Assembly (NCBI GenBank): GCA_900617105.1
Contig: UYFQ01000380.1
Coordinates: 1-38,938 of the forward strand
From: Hydrurus foetidus
Taxonomy: Eukaryota
Direction of reading: 5' to 3'
Length of the DNA: 38,938 bases
This document shows, one piece after another, positions 1 to 13,874 of this stretch. Both the position numbers and the translations under genes were made by a program. A model generated the notes under the pieces. It made no database searches. It saw only the letters and a program-made list of their open reading frames with translations, and had not been told where the DNA came from. Position 1 is the first letter of the stretch, and each line of letters opens with the position of its first letter.

Positions 1-3000
1 CACCTGCTCAAACTTGGGGTACTACACCGTCGACCGGTCCCTCTACCCCCTACTTTGGGGTCAGCCATGGGGTACGAAGACCAGTTTGTACTGAGCCGAT
101 TTTTTCTGAGGTATGATATGCATACATGAACTGAAATGTATCAGAACGACAATGTGTGAATCGTATCTGATGGTGTGTTCGCACCTGCTCAAACTTAGGG
201 TACTACACCGTCGACACCGGTCCCTCTACCCCCCTACTTTGGGGTCAGCCCTGGGGTACGAAGACCAGTTTGTACTGAGCCGATTTTTTCTGAGGTATGA
301 TATGCATACATGAACTGAAATGTATCAGAACGACAATGTGTTAATCGTATCTGATGGTGTGTTCGCACCTGCTCAAACTTAGGGTACTACACCGTCGATA
401 CCGGTCCCTCTACCCCCCTACTTTGGGGTCAGCCCTGGGGTACGAAGACCAGTTTGTACTGAGCCGATTTTTTCTGAGGTATGATATGCATACATGAACT
501 GAAATGTATCAGAACGACAATGTGTGAATCGTATCTGATGGTGTGTTCGCACCTGCTCAAACTTAGGGTACTACACCGTCGACACCGGTCCCTCTACCCC
601 CCTACTTTGGGGTCAGCCCTGGGGCACGAAGACCAGTTTGTACTGAGCCGATTTTTTCTGAGGTATGATATGCATACATGAACTGAAATGTATCAGAACG
701 ACAATGTGTGAATCGTATCTGATGGTGTGTTCGCACCTGCTCAAACTTAGGGTACTACACCGTCGACACCGGTCCCTCTACCCCCTACTTTGGGGTCAGC
801 CCTGGGGTACGAAGACCAGTTTGTACTGAGCCGATTTTTTCTGAGGTATGATATGCATACATGAACTGAAATGTATCAGAACGACAATGTGTGAATCGTA
901 TCTGATGGTGTGTTCGCACCTGCTCAAACTTAGGGTACTACACCGTCGACACCGGTCCCTCTACCCCCCTACTTTGGGGTCAGCCCTGGGGTACGAAGAC
1001 CAGTTTGTACTGAGCCGATTTTTTCTGAGGTATGATATACATACATGAACTGAAATGTATCAGAACGACAATGTGTGAATCGTATCTGATGGTGTGTTCG
1101 CACCTGCTCAAACTTAGGGTACTACACCGTCGACACCGGTCCCTCTACCCCCACTTTGGGGTCAGCCCTGGGGTACGAAGACCAGTTTGTACTGAGCCGA
1201 TTTTTTCTGAGGTATGATATGCATACATGAACTGAAATGTATCAGAACGACAATGTGTGAATCGTATCTGATGGTGTGTTCGCGCCTGCTCAAACTTAGG
1301 GTACTACACCGTCGACACCGGTCCCTCTACCCCCTACTTTGGGGTCAGCCCTGGGGTACGAAGACCAGTTTGTACTGAGCCGATTTTTTCTGAGGTATGA
1401 TATACATACATGAACTGAAATGTATCAGAACGACAATGTGTGAATCGTATCTGATGGTGTGTTCGCGCCTGCTCAAACTTAGGGTACTACACCGTCGACA
1501 CCGGTCCCTCTACCCCCTACTTTGGGGTCAGCCCTGGGGTACGAAGACCAGTTTGTACTGAGCCGATTTTTTCTGAGGTATGATATACATACATGAACTG
1601 AAATGTATCAGAACGACAATGTGTGAATCGTATCTGATGGTGTGTTCGCGCCTGCTCAAACTTAGGGTACTACACCGTCGACACCGGTCCCTCTACCCCC
1701 CTACTTTGGGGTCAGCCCTGGGGTACGAAGACCAGTTTGTACTGAGCCGATTTTTTCTGAGGTATGATATACATACATGAACTGAAATGTATCAGAACGA
1801 CAATGTGTGAATCGTATCTGATGGTGTGTTCGCGCCTGCTCAAACTTAGGGTACTACACCGTCGACACCGGTCCCTCTACCCCCCTACTTTGGGGTCAGC
1901 CCTGGGGTACGAAGACCAGTTTGTACTGAGCCGATTTTTTCTGAGGTATGATATACATACATGAACTGAAATGTATCAGAACGACAATGTGTTAATCGTA
2001 TCTGATGGTGTGTTCGCACCTGCTCAAACTTAGGGTACTACACCGTCGACACCGGTCCCTCTACCCCCTACTTTGGGGTCAGCCCTGGGGTTCGAAGACC
2101 AGTTTGTACTGAGCCGATTTTTTCTGAGGTATGATATACATACATGAACTGAAATGTATCAGAACGACAATGTGTGAATCGTATCTGATGGTGTGTTCGC
2201 ACCTGCTCAAACTTAGGGTACTACACCGTCGACACCGGTCCCTCTACCCCCCTACTTTGGGGTCAGCCCTGGGGTACGAAGACCAGTTTGTACTGAGCCG
2301 ATTTTTTCTGAGGTATGATATGCATACATGAACTGAAATGTGTCAGAACGACAATGTGTGAATCGTATCTGATGGTGTGTTCGCACCTGCTCAAACTTAG
2401 GGTACTACACCGTCGATACCGGTCCCTCTACCCTCCTACTTTGGGGTCAGCCCTGGGGTACGAAGACCAGTTTGTACTGAGCCGATTTTTTCTGAGGTAT
2501 GATATACATACATGAACTGAAATGTATCAGAACGACAATGTGTGAATCGTATCTGATGGTGTGTTCGCACCTGCTCAAACTTAGGGTACTACACCGTCGA
2601 ACCGGTCCCTCTACCCCCCTACTTTGGGGTCAGCCCTGGTGTACGAAGACCAGTTTGTACTGAGCCGATTTTTTCTGAGGTATGATATACATACATGAAC
2701 TGAAATGTATCAGAACGACAATGTGTGAATCGTATCTGATGGTGTGTTCGCACCTGCTCAAACTTAGGGTACTACACCGTCGACACCGGTCCCTCTACCC
2801 CCCTACTTTGGGGTCAGCCCTGGGGTACGAAGACCAGTTTGTACTGAGCGATTTTTTCTGAGGTATGATATGCATACATGAACTGAAATGTATCAGAACG
2901 ACAATGTGTGAATCGTATCTGATGGTGTGTTCGCACCTGCTCAAACTTAGGGTACTACACCGTCGACACCGGTCCCTCTACCCCCTACTTTGGGGTCAGC

Positions 3001-6000
3001 CCTGGGGTACGAAGACCAGTTTGTACTGAGCCGATTTTTTCTGAGGTATGATATGCATACATGAACTGAAATGCATCAGAACGACAATGTGTGAATCGTA
3101 TCTGATGGTGTGTTCGCACCTGCTCAAACTTAGGGTACTACACCGTCGACACCGGTCCCTCTACCCCCTACTTTGGGGTCAGCCCTGGGGTACGAAGACC
3201 AGTTTGTACTGAGCCGATTTTTTCTGAGGTATGATATGCATACATGAACTGAAATGTATCAGAACGACAATGTGTGAATCGTATCTGATGGTGTGTTCGC
3301 ACCTGCTCAAACTTAGGGTACTACACCGTCGACACCGGTCCCTCTACCCCCTACTTTGGGGTCAGCCCTGGGGTACGAAGACCAGTTTGTACTGAGCCGA
3401 TTTTTTCTGAGGTATGATATACATACATGAACTGAAATGTATCAGAACGACAATGTGTTAATCGTATCTGATGGTGTGTTCGCACCTGCTCAAACTTAGG
3501 GTACTACACCGTCGACACCGGTCCCTCTACCCCCTACTTTGGGGTCAGCCCTGGGGTACGAAGACCAGTTTGTACTGAGCCGATTTTTTCTGAGGTATGA
3601 TATGCATACATGAACTGAAATGTATCAGAACGACAATGTGTGAATCGTATCTGATGGTGTGTTCGCACCTGCTCAAACTTAGGGTACTACACCGTCGACA
3701 CCGGTCCCTCTACCCCCTACTTTGGGGTCAGCCCTGGGGTACGAAGACCAGTTTGTACTGAGCCGATTTTTTCTGAGGTATGATATACATACATGAACTG
3801 AAATGTATCAGAACGACAATGTGTGAATCGTATCTGATGGTGTGTTCGCACCTGCTCAAACTTAGGGTACTACACCGTCGACACCGGTCCCTCTACCCCC
3901 TACTTTGGGGTCAGCCCTGGGGTACGAAGACCAGTTTGTACTGAGCCGATTTTTTCTGAGGTATGATATGCATACATGAACTGAAATGTATCAGAACGAC
4001 AATGTGTGAATCGTATCTGATGGTGTGTTCGCACCTGCTCAAACTTAGGGTACTACACCGTCGATACCGGTCCCTCTACCCCCCTACTTTGGGGTCAGCC
4101 CTGGGGTACGAAGACCAGTTTGTACTGAGCCGATTTTTTCTGAGGTATGATATACATACATGAACTGAAATGTATCAGAACGACAATGTGTGAATCGTAT
4201 CTGATGGTGTGTTCGCACCTGCTCAAACTTAGGGTACTACACCGTCGACACCGGTCCCTCTACCCCCTACTTTGGGGTCAGCCCTGGGGTACGAAGACCA
4301 GTTTGTACTGAGCCGATTTTTTCTGAGAACATGATATATACATGAACTGAAATGTATCAGAACGACAATGTGTGAATCGTATCTGATGTGTTTCGCACCT
4401 GCTCAAACTTAGGGTACTACACCGTCGACACCGGTCCCTCTACCCCCTACTTTGGGGTCAGCCCTGGGGTACGAAGACCAGTTTGTACTGAGCTGATTTT
4501 TTCTGAGGTATGATATACATACATGAACTGAAATGTATCAGAACGACAATGTGTGAATCGTATCTGATGATGTGTTCGCACCTGCTCAAACTTAGGGTAC
4601 TACACCGTCGACACCGGTCCCTCTACCCCCTACTTTGGGGTCAGCCCTGGGGTACGAAGACCAGTTTGTACTGAGCCGATTTTTTCTGAGGTATGATATA
4701 CATACATGAACTGAAATGTATCAGAACGACAATGTGTGAATCGTATCTGATGATGTGTTCGCACCTGCTCAAACTTAGGGTACTACACCGTCGACACCGG
4801 TCCCTCTACCCCCCTACTTTGGGGTCAGCCCTGGGGTACGAAGACCAGTTTGTACTGAGCCGATTTTTTCTGAGGTATGATATACATACATGAACTGAAA
4901 TGTATCAGAACGACAATGTGTGAATCGTATCTGATGATGTGTTCGCACCTGCTCAAACTTAGGGTACTACACCGTCGACACCGGTCCCTCTACCCCCTAC
5001 TTTGGGGTCAGCCCTGGGGTACGAAGACCAGTTTGTACTGAGCCGATTTTTTCTGAGGTATGATATACATACATGAACTGAAATGTATCAGAACGACAAT
5101 GTGTGAATCGTATCTGATGATGTGTTCGCACCTGCTCAAACTTAGGGTACTACACCGTCGACACCGGTCCCTCTACCCCCTACTTTGGGGTCAGCCCTGG
5201 GGTACGAAGACCAGTTTGTACTGAGCCGATTTTTTCTGAGGTATGATATACATACATGAACTGAAATGTATCAGAACGACAATGTGTGAATCGTATCTGA
5301 TGGTGTGTTCGCACCTGCTCAAACTTAGGGTACTACACCGTCGACACCGGTCCCTCTACCCCCCTACTTTGGGGTCAGCCCTGGGGTACGAAGACCAGTT
5401 TGTACTGAGCTGATTTTTTCTGAGGTATGATATACATACATGAACTGAAATGTATCAGAACGACAATGTGTGAATCGTATCTGATGGTGTGTTCGCACCT
5501 GCTCAAACTTAGGGTACTACACCGTCGACACCGGTCCCTCTACCCCCTACTTTGGGGTCAGCCCTGGGGTACGAAGACCAGTTTGTACTGAGCTGATTTT
5601 TTCTGAGGTATGATATACATACATGAACTGAAATGTATCAGAACGACAATGTGTGAATCGTATCTGATGATGTGTTCGCACCTGCTCAAACTTAGGGTAC
5701 TACACCGTCGACACCGGTCCCTCTACCCCCTACTTTGGGGTCAGCCCTGGGGTACGAAGACCAGTTTGTACTGAGCTGATTTTTTCTGAGGTATGATATA
5801 CATACATGAACTGAAATGTATCAGAACGACAATGTGTGAATCGTATCTGATGGTGTGTTCGCACCTGCTCAAACTTAGGGTACTACACCGTCGACACCGG
5901 TCCCTCTACCCCCCTACTTTGGGGTCAGCCCTGGGGTACGAAGACCAGTTTGTACTGAGCTGATTTTTTCTGAGGTATGATATACATACATGAACTGAAA

Positions 6001-9000
6001 TGTATCAGAACGACAATGTGTGAATCGTATCTGATGATGTGTTCGCACCTGCTCAAACTTAGGGTACTACACCGTCGACACCGGTCCCTCTACCCCCTAC
6101 TTTGGGGTCAGCCCTGGGGTACGAAGACCAGTTTGTACTGAGCTGATTTTTTCTGAGGTATGATATACATACATGAACTGAAATGTATCAGAACGACAAT
6201 GTGTGAATCGTATCTGATGGTGTGTTCGCACCTGCTCAAACTTAGGGTACTACACCGTCGACACCGGTCCCTCTACCCCCCTACTTTGGGGTCAGCCCTG
6301 GGGTACGAAGACCAGTTTGTACTGAGCTGATTTTTTCTGAGGTATGATATACATACATGAACTGAAATGTATCAGAACGACAATGTGTGAATCGTATCTG
6401 ATGATGTGTTCGCACCTGCTCAAACTTAGGGTACTACACCGTCGACACCGGTCCCTCTACCCCCTACTTTGGGGTCAGCCCTGGGGTACGAAGACCAGTT
6501 TGTACTGAGCTGATTTTTTCTGAGGTATGATATACATACATGAACTGAAATGTATCAGAACGACAATGTGTGAATCGTATCTGATGGTGTGTTCGCACCT
6601 GCTCAAACTTAGGGTACTACACCGTCGACACCGGTCCCTCTACCCCCTACTTTGGGGTCAGCCCTGGGGTACGAAGACCAGTTTGTACTGAGCCGATTTT
6701 TTCTGAGGTATGATATACATACATGAACTGAAATGTATCAGAACGACAATGTGTGAATCGTATCTGATGGTGTGTTCGCACCTGCTCAAACTTAGGGTAC
6801 TACACCGTCGACACCGGTCCCTCTACCCCCTACTTTGGGGTCAGCCCTGGGGTACGAAGACCAGTTTGTACTGAGCCGATTTTTTCTGAGGTATGATATA
6901 CATACATGAACTGAAATGTATCAGAACGACAATGTGTGAATCGTATCTGATGGTGTGTTCGCACCTGCTCAAACTTAGGGTACTACACCGTCGACACCGG
7001 TCCCTCTACCCCCTACTTTGGGGTCAGCCCTGGGGTACGAAGACCAGTTTGTACTGAGCCGATTTTTTCTGAGGTATGATATACATACATGAACTGAAAT
7101 GTATCAGAACGACAATGTGTGAATCGTATCTGATGATGTGTTCGCACCTGCTCAAACTTAGGGTACTACACCGTCGACACCGGTCCCTCTACCCCCTACT
7201 TTGGGGTCAGCCCTGGGGTACGAAGACCAGTTTGTACTGAGCCGATTTTTTCTGAGGTATGATATACATACATGAACTGAAATGTATCAGAACGACAATG
7301 TGTGAATCGTATCTGATGGTGTGTTCGCACCTGCTCAAACTTAGGGTACTACACCGTCGACACCGGTCCCTCTACCCCCTACTTTGGGGTCAGCCCTGGG
7401 GTACGAAGACCAGTTTGTACTGAGCCGATTTTTTCTGAGGTATGATATGCATACATGAACTGAAATGTATCAGAACGACAATGTGTGAATCGTATCTGAT
7501 GGTGTGTTCGCACCTGCTCAAACTTAGGGTACTACACCGTCGACACCGGTCCCTCTACCCCCTACTTTGGGGTCAGCCCTGGGGTACGAAGACCAGTTTG
7601 TACTGAGCCGATTTTTTCTGAGGTATGATATACATACATGAACTGAAATGTATCAGAACGACAATGTGTGAATCGTATCTGATGGTGTGTTCGCACCTGC
7701 TCAAACTTAGGGTACTACACCGTCGACACCGGTCCCTCTACCCCCCTACTTTGGGGTCAGCCCTGGGGTACGAAGACCAGTTTGTACTGAGCTGATTTTT
7801 TCTGAGGTATGATATACATACATGAACTGAAATGTATCAGAACGACAATGTGTGAATCGTATCTGATGGTGTGTTCGCACCTGCTCAAACTTAGGGTACT
7901 ACACCGTCGACACCGGTCCCTCTACCCCCTACTTTGGGGTCAGCCCTGGGGTACGAAGACCAGTTTGTACTGAGCTGATTTTTTCTGAGGTATGATATAC
8001 ATACATGAACTGAAATGTATCAGAACGACAATGTGTGAATCGTATCTGATGATGTGTTCGCACCTGCTCAAACTTAGGGTACTACACCGTCGACACCGGT
8101 CCCTCTACCCCCTACTTTGGGGTCAGCCCTGGGGTACGAAGACCAGTTTGTACTGAGCTGATTTTTTCTGAGGTATGATATACATACATGAACTGAAATG
8201 TATCAGAACGACAATGTGTGAATCGTATCTGATGATGTGTTCGCACCTGCTCAAACTTAGGGTACTACACCGTCGACACCGGTCCCTCTACCCCCTACTT
8301 TGGGGTCAGCCCTGGGGTACGAAGACCAGTTTGTACTGAGCTGATTTTTTCTGAGGTATGATATACATACATGAACTGAAATGTATCAGAACGACAATGT
8401 GTGAATCGTATCTGATGATGTGTTCGCACCTGCTCAAACTTAGGGTACTACACCGTCGACACCGGTCCCTCTACCCCCCTACTTTGGGGTCAGCCCTGGG
8501 GTACGAAGACCAGTTTGTACTGAGCTGATTTTTTCTGAGGTATGATATACATACATGAACTGAAATGTATCAGAACGACAATGTGTGAATCGTATCTGAT
8601 GGTGTGTTCGCACCTGCTCAAACTTAGGGTACTACACCGTCGACACCGGTCCCTCTACCCCCTACTTTGGGGTCAGCCCTGGGGTACGAAGACCAGTTTG
8701 TACTGAGCTGATTTTTTCTGAGGTATGATATACATACATGAACTGAAATGTATCAGAACGACAATGTGTGAATCGTATCTGATGATGTGTTCGCACCTGC
8801 TCAAACTTAGGGTACTACACCGTCGACACCGGTCCCTCTACCCCCTACTTTGGGGTCAGCCCTGGGGTACGAAGACCAGTTTGTACTGAGCTGATTTTTT
8901 CTGAGGTATGATATACATACATGAACTGAAATGTATCAGAACGACAATGTGTGAATCGTATCTGATGATGTGTTCGCACCTGCTCAAACTTAGGGTACTA

Positions 9001-11210
9001 CACCGTCGACACCGGTCCCTCTACCCCCTACTTTGGGGTCAGCCCTGGGGTACGAAGACCAGTTTGTACTGAGCTGATTTTTTCTGAGGTATGATATACA
9101 TACATGAACTGAAATGTATCAGAACGACAATGTGTGAATCGTATCTGATGATGTGTTCGCACCTGCTCAAACTTAGGGTACTACACCGTCGACACCGGTC
9201 CCTCTACCCCCCTACTTTGGGGTCAGCCCTGGGGTACGAAGACCAGTTTGTACTGAGCTGATTTTTTCTGAGGTATGATATACATACATGAACTGAAATG
9301 TATCAGAACGACAATGTGTGAATCGTATCTGATGATGTGTTCGCACCTGCTCAAACTTAGGGTACTACACCGTCGACACCGGTCCCTCTACCCCCTACTT
9401 TGGGGTCAGCCCTGGGGTACGAAGACCAGTTTGTACTGAGCTGATTTTTTCTGAGGTATGATATACATACATGAACTGAAATGTATCAGAACGACAATGT
9501 GTGAATCGTATCTGATGGTGTGTTCGCACCTGCTCAAACTTAGGGTACTACACCGTCGACACCGGTCCCTCTACCCCCTACTTTGGGGTCAGCCCTGGGG
9601 TACGAAGACCAGTTTGTACTGAGCTGATTTTTTCTGAGGTATGATATACATACATGAACTGAAATGTATCAGAACGACAATGTGTGAATCGTATCTGATG
9701 ATGTGTTCGCACCTGCTCAAACTTAGGGTACTACACCGTCGACACCGGTCCCTCTACCCCCTACTTTGGGGTCAGCCCTGGGGTACGAAGACCAGTTTGT
9801 ACTGAGCTGATTTTTTCTGAGGTATGATATACATACATGAACTGAAATGTATCAGAACGACAATGTGTGAATCGTATCTGATGGTGTGTTCGCACCTGCT
9901 CAAACTTAGGGTACTACACCGTCGACACCGGTCCCTCTACCCCCTACTTTGGGGTCAGCCCTGGGGTACGAAGACCAGTTTGTACTGAGCTGATTTTTTC
10001 TGAGGTATGATATACATACATGAACTGAAATGTATCAGAACGACAATGTGTGAATCGTATCTGATGGTGTGTTCGCACCTGCTCAAACTTAGGGTACTAC
10101 ACCGTCGACACCGGTCCCTCTACCCCCTACTTTGGGGTCAGCCCTGGGGTACGAAGACCAGTTTGTACTGAGCTGATTTTTTCTGAGGTATGATATACAT
10201 ACATGAACTGAAATGTATCAGAACGACAATGTGTGAATCGTATCTGATGGTGTGTTCGCACCTGCTCAAACTTAGGGTACTACACCGTCGACACCGGTCC
10301 CTCTACCCCCTACTTTGGGGTCAGCCCTGGGGTACGAAGACCAGTTTGTACTGAGCCGATTTTTTCTGAGGTATGATATGCATACATGAACTGAAATGTA
10401 TCAGAACGACAATGTGTGAATCGTATCTGATGGTGTGTTCGCACCTGCTCAAACTTAGGGTACTACACCGTCGACACCGGTCCCTCTACCCCCTACTTTG
10501 GGGTCAGCCCTGGGGTACGAAGACCAGTTTGTACTGAGCTGATTTTTTCTGAGGTATGATATACATACATGAACTGAAATGTATCAGAACGACAATGTGT
10601 GAATCGTATCTGATGGTGTGTTCGCACCTGCTCAAACTTAGGGTACTACACCGTCGACACCGGTCCCTCTACCCCCTACTTTGGGGTCAGCCCTGGGGTA
10701 CGAAGACCAGTTTGTACTGAGCTGATTTTTTCTGAGGTATGATATACATACATGAACTGAAATGTATCAGAACGACAATGTGTGAATCGTATCTGATGGT
10801 GTGTTCGCACCTGCTCAAACTTAGGGTACTACACCGTCGACACCGGTCCCTCTACCCCCCTACTTTGGGGTCAGCCCTGGGGTACGAAGACCAGTTTGTA
10901 CTGAGCCGATTTTTTCTGAGGTATGATATACATACATGAACTGAAATGTATCAGAACGACAATGTGTGAATCGTATCTGATGATGTGTTCGCACCTGCTC
11001 AAACTTAGGGTACTACACCGTCGACACCGGTCCCTCTACCCCCCTACTTTGGGGTCAGCCCTGGGGTACGAAGACCAGTTTGTACTGAGCCGATTTTTTC
11101 TGAGGTATGATATACATACATGAACTGAAATGTATCAGAACGACAATGTGTGAATCGTATCTGATGGTGTGTTCGCACCTGCTCAAACTTAGGATACTAC
11201 ACCGTCGATA
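1..11210. repeat. Tandem array A (satellite-like), 183/184-bp monomer, about 61 near-identical copies, truncated by window start; internal to P-like element 1
   Basis: The monomer cacctgctcaaacttagggtactacaccgtcgacaccggtcc...gtatctgatggtgtgttcg recurs every 183-184 bp. The length difference is a C5/C6 run, and there are only a few SNP variants. The array ends at ...accgtcgata (~11210), ~56 bp before the transposase splice acceptor. Confidence 0.99.
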
Positions 11211-11266
11211 TCGCTTTATTAAAACTTAATTTTTTTTACTTTTCTGATAATTTTTTCTTTTTTTAG

Positions 11267-13874
11267 ATTTACTATTGTAAAGGAACTACACTTGCGGCCT
11301 TGAAGTATTGGCATTTTGAGGAGTGTCAGAAAAATTTAAGACTGTTAGTTAATGATGAACACCGATTATCACATTTTTGCTCGGATTTATGCGATTTATC
11401 GATGAATGTCAGTATACAAATTCAAGAAAGAACATTTCTTGGATTTATATTACCAAAAAAGAAGAAACGATTATTTTCAAAAATTGAAAATCGTATTTCG
11501 ATACCAACAGCGTTGTTATTCTCGAAGCATGGCGTGTCAACTGAGTATTGGATTCAATCATACGAGTGTTTCAAAGCTAAGAATAATCTCCAAACTAAAG
11601 ATCTAGCTTGCAAATGTTGCAAACTGTTCTGGAGAAGTTTCAGAGGATTGTCAGCGAAGGAAACAGTCTTACTAAGTGATCACAATAAAATCATAAAAAA
11701 AAAATCAAAAGTTATAGAGGATCTCAAAAAAGAAAATTATGATTTAAATGCAGAAATTGAAAAGCATTCGAAGGAGGCTAACAAAAGATTTCATAATTTA
11801 AGAAAAAAAGTGTCTTACTGGCGGTTGCAATGCAAAAATTTGAAAAATGCAGTTAGTCAATGGCGTAAAGTTGAGCATGTACGGAAAGGTTTTATAGATG
11901 TAAGTGAAGATGAATCAGAAATATGGTACAAATTCTATGTTTTCATTGACGAAATTATCAGTAGAGAGCACGCCGGAGATCCTGAAAAAATAAGTTTACA
12001 TAAAGAATTAGTTCGATCAGAAACCTTTCAGCTCGGTAAATTTAACAAATCTGGTAATAAGAGAGGCATAAGAACTACCAAGTTATCATCCCGTATTCTT
12101 AATTATGCATTGGGATTGGCGCATAATTTAGGAAAAACTAATTACGAGAAAGAGGCTGCACTGCGTTCCTTACCCTGTTGGTCGACATTGACAAAGTAAG
12201 TTGGTAACAATTCAATATTATCAATGTATGTTTATTTTTCAAATTGAACGCGAATTTATCTAATTACGTATTATCATCATTTTTCGCAGGTACAAATCAA
12301 ATTTCAGTTGCGAGGTTGGAGTCCAATTAAATAATTTGTTAATGGCTTCTCGTTCAGCGGGAGAAAACAGAAACATGAGTAAAGAACACTCTGCTTTACT
12401 AATAGATGAAATGATGATAACTAATGGTATTATGTATTCAGTTACTAGAAGTAAAGTATTTGGATTAGCGGAAATCTCTACACACGGAATACAAAACGAG
12501 ATTTATCAGGATTTTTATGGCATGAATTCCAATGAAATACAAAATGAAAAAATGACAAGTATGAAATATTTCGATGAAACTTCACAAAAATTAAAAGGTC
12601 ATATGGCTACAGGATTAACTCAGGTGATGATACTTATAGAATGAAACATAAGATTTGATTCAAATTATTATATAACTGTTTTCTTTAAAATAATGTAGGT
12701 CAGAATGGTAAGCTTGGCAGGTTGTCAGCTCGACTACTGCGTCTATCAATGTTTTAATACATCTATGACGTCATTGGATATACACTCCATTTTGCGAGAA
12801 GTTTTGATAGCAACAGCAGCAATGCATTTTGATATCATTGCAATAATAGGCGATGGAGCGCAGTGTAATCGTCAATACCAAAATAGATACTCTAATTCAG
12901 GGGGTTGCAACAATTTGCATATGGTTCATCCTATAACATTAAAACCGATTTATTACATATCAGATCCGTCTCATGTTATAATAAAGATAGTGTCGAGCCT
13001 ATCGAGCAGAAATAGAAATATTTTCAAAAAAGTAGAAAATGAAGATAGGAGAATTTCACTATCTTTAATGTTTGAATTGTGGATGTCTTTCAACGACAAC
13101 TCTGGGCTCAATAGGTTCAAAAGTTTTAAGACAATAGACTTCGTTAAAAACTCATTCCAAGCGATGAGGGTAGGGCCGTGCATTAAAGTTCTTGGTCCGC
13201 AAATGATAGAAATGATAGATTTGGCATTGCTTTACAAAACAGAATACGAAAAATTTAAAAATGAAGAAAAAAATAATGGTAAAATAAATCCATATGAATT
13301 CTACAAAAATTCAGAAATTTATTCAGGATGGAGAGAAGTTTGTGTATCCTTTTCAAATTTATTCCTTATTCTAAACTCAACAGAAAAAAGATTAAACACA
13401 ACAAATTATTCCGAAAATTATAATTACTTAATAAAATTCAATCAATGGTTTAGTAGTTGGAAGAATGAGTGCATAGAGAGGAGAAGACAAGAATTGCCAG
13501 TCAAGCATACAGCATATGAAGCTATGACTGGATTTTTTACAGCAGAAGCAGCAGATGATTGCCAATCGATGATTCAAGGTATAATTTCTATTACGAAATA
13601 TTACTGCAACACCAATAACAATAGTGGAGAGTTCTTTTGTTTTCTTCCTCGACGAATTAGCCAAGATTTAGTTGAGAATGCCTTTGCAAGAATGAGAGTC
13701 GCTATTGGACACGCTAGACTTGACCACTCCACAACATTTAATGCGTGTACTCAGGTAAACATGCTTAAAGAAGTAAAAGTGAGTGAGCGCGCAACCAAAA
13801 AGAGAAATGCTGCTGGTGCCAATAATGGTGTTAAAGAATTATCAGTAAGAATTATCAGTAGCGTCAATCATTAA
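11267..13874 (+). CDS. P-element/THAP9-like DDE transposase of element 1; exons 11267-12195, 12290-12623, 12699-13874 (~812 aa, 5' start not seen)
   Basis: Motifs LLIDEM (D1), IIGDGA (D2), YISDPSH (DxxH), MRVG and RRISQDLVENAFARMR (E) match P-superfamily transposases. GT-AG introns join the three ORFs in frame. The first exon begins at a polypyrimidine/TAG acceptor (11266) with no ATG there. No THAP domain is visible; the N-terminus has CxG...SxxC...CxxC. Confidence 0.9.

Noticed and set aside
4560..9720. Hammerhead ribozyme in array A (CTGATGA variant next to a small stem-loop)
   Set aside because: No GAAA follows the putative stem II (the sequence is CTCAAAC), CTGATGA is only a variant, and I found no core on the minus strand.
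113..11123. Repeated 61-66 aa ORFs in array A as genes
   Set aside because: They exist only in some monomers, are broken by the C5/C6 indel and the CGA>TGA variant, and have no recognisable domain.
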